Assembly: GCA_002256025.1 (NCBI GenBank)
Contig: NKIB01013053.1
Location: forward strand, 44,899 to 64,898
Source of the DNA: Asterionella formosa
Lineage: Eukaryota
DNA: 20,000 nt
Reading direction: 5' to 3'
The notes beneath the pieces are model-generated. The model saw nothing but the letters and a program-made list of their open reading frames with translations, ran no database searches and was not told the origin of the DNA. Position 1 is the first letter of the stretch; each line of letters begins with the position of its first letter. Both the position numbers and the translations under genes were made by a program. Below are positions 18,655 through 20,000 of the stretch, piece by piece.

Positions 18655-19017
18655 GGTACCAGGTACCGTACCGTAATTGGTAAAATTAAACCCAAGTTGT
18701 ATTTTCCCGTCGGCCTCTGTTATGTGTCTACTGCGTCATTTTAATACTGGCACGGTATTGATCTAAAAATACTAGTGGAAGCACCGTGTTACAACAGTAT
18801 TTGCCAGTAGAAAAATTAAACCCGGTTTAACTGGGGGTTTAATTTTTTGGTTTAATTAAACCATAACTGTACGCACGATCATCGTAGGAATATACACTGT
18901 ACGAGTACATAAAATTAGCTATTACACTGTAGTACCTGGTACCTGGTACCGGTCGTACACACAAATTAAACCCCATCCTCATTCATGCACCGGTACCTGG
19001 TACCTGGTACCAGGTAC
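18655..19017. repeat. Palindrome/simple-repeat cluster (AATTAAACC units in both orientations, GTACCAG/CTGGTAC heptamers)
   Basis: 13-bp inverted repeat AAAAATTAAACCC (18811-18823) / GGGTTTAATTTTT (18835-18847); perfect palindromes TGGTTTAATTAAACCA (18848-18863) and GTACCTGGTACCAGGTAC (19000-19017); further AATTAAACCC copies near 18684 and 18964. Confidence 0.75.
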
Positions 19018-20000
19018 TCGGTATTTCGGTATGCAGCAGCGGTAAGGAGAGGAAGGTGTGACTGATGGGACACCAACAGCAGGTGAAGGAGGGAAGTATG
19101 AGCTGCCAGTTTGTTTTTGGAACTATATTACTTGGGTTGTACTCCCAGCAGATCGAGATGCAATGTCGCCTAGTTTTGAAACTAAGGTGGATGACATCAG
19201 CCAGTCGACTCTCGTCTTGAAGGAGTGTTGACTCCTGACTACTACTAGTTATTGGTGGTAGCAGGAGTGACAAGTATGCAGAATGATGATTGAGAGTCCA
19301 GAAATGCCTCAAATGCGGTGTTTGAAGAAGTTTTCAACAATTAACAAGTTGATGAACCAACAGAAATGATGCAGGATGTGTGTCAAAGTGGTAGGAGGGA
19401 GGAAGCAATTCGGTCAGTATTGTAGTCTTTCTTTTACACCAAAAACTATTTGTTCTGTGGTAGGAATGCAAAAAGTTGGAATTAGGTTTGTAAGGTTGCT
19501 GAAAATTTTACAAGGGTTGAGCAGGATATAGTAAGAATGGTGGAGTATTGTTGGTTGGCAAAGCGTTGTGTGTGGGATAGCTATGATGACTGCCCTACTT
19601 TGAGCTGTGTTCTTTTCACTGCCACATTGCAAATTGACAAAATGTATGAGGTATATATTCCAGATAGAACAATGCCACAGATTAGATTGCCAATCAATTG
19701 ATATCTGCTGATCATCACGCTGGTGGTCATACACAGCTAGTATGTATTTAGGCTATTATTACACAGATGCATGATTTCATACTACTGTAGCTACATTATT
19801 TTTTTCACTATTTTTCATTAGCTATATATTGATTGTTTTCACTTCATTTCGGGTTTATGTATATTAGACATATACACACCTACCAATAATAGACTTGGTC
19901 CTCTATTTACTGTAATATAGTGCTATAGTATATGTACTCGTGGTGACTCCATATTAAGTACTCTAATATATACAATGGTCTATTCCCCGCATACACGTAC

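Noticed and set aside
18655..19017. CRISPR array or rho-independent terminators
   Set aside because: No constant repeat with unique spacers of regular length, and the context is eukaryotic (spliceosomal introns).

Overview
Eukaryotic, AT-rich genomic window with GT-AG introns and no operon structure. Gene content and motifs (type-II LRR membrane proteins with a PGAYAV motif, RxL pro-peptide sites, GTACCAG-type simple repeats) suggest a diatom or other stramenopile; this is inference. From left to right: (1) an intronless hybrid histidine kinase whose N-terminus is an 8-TM microbial-rhodopsin-like domain retaining the helix-G Schiff-base Lys, followed by PAS-like, HisKA, HATPase and receiver domains; (2) a decayed sulfatase pseudogene; (3) a decayed DDE (IS630/Tc1-mariner-like) transposase relic and a candidate MITE; (4) an orphan disordered 482-aa ORF; (5) an LRR cluster of one pseudogene plus two divergent intact genes; (6) a secreted reprolysin-like metzincin with two introns, one of them in-frame and splitting the zinc motif, and two Cys-rich C-terminal repeats; (7) a palindrome/repeat-rich end. 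The rhodopsin-PAS-histidine-kinase-REC protein is the standout: a candidate light-sensing two-component receptor with unusual retinal-pocket residues.
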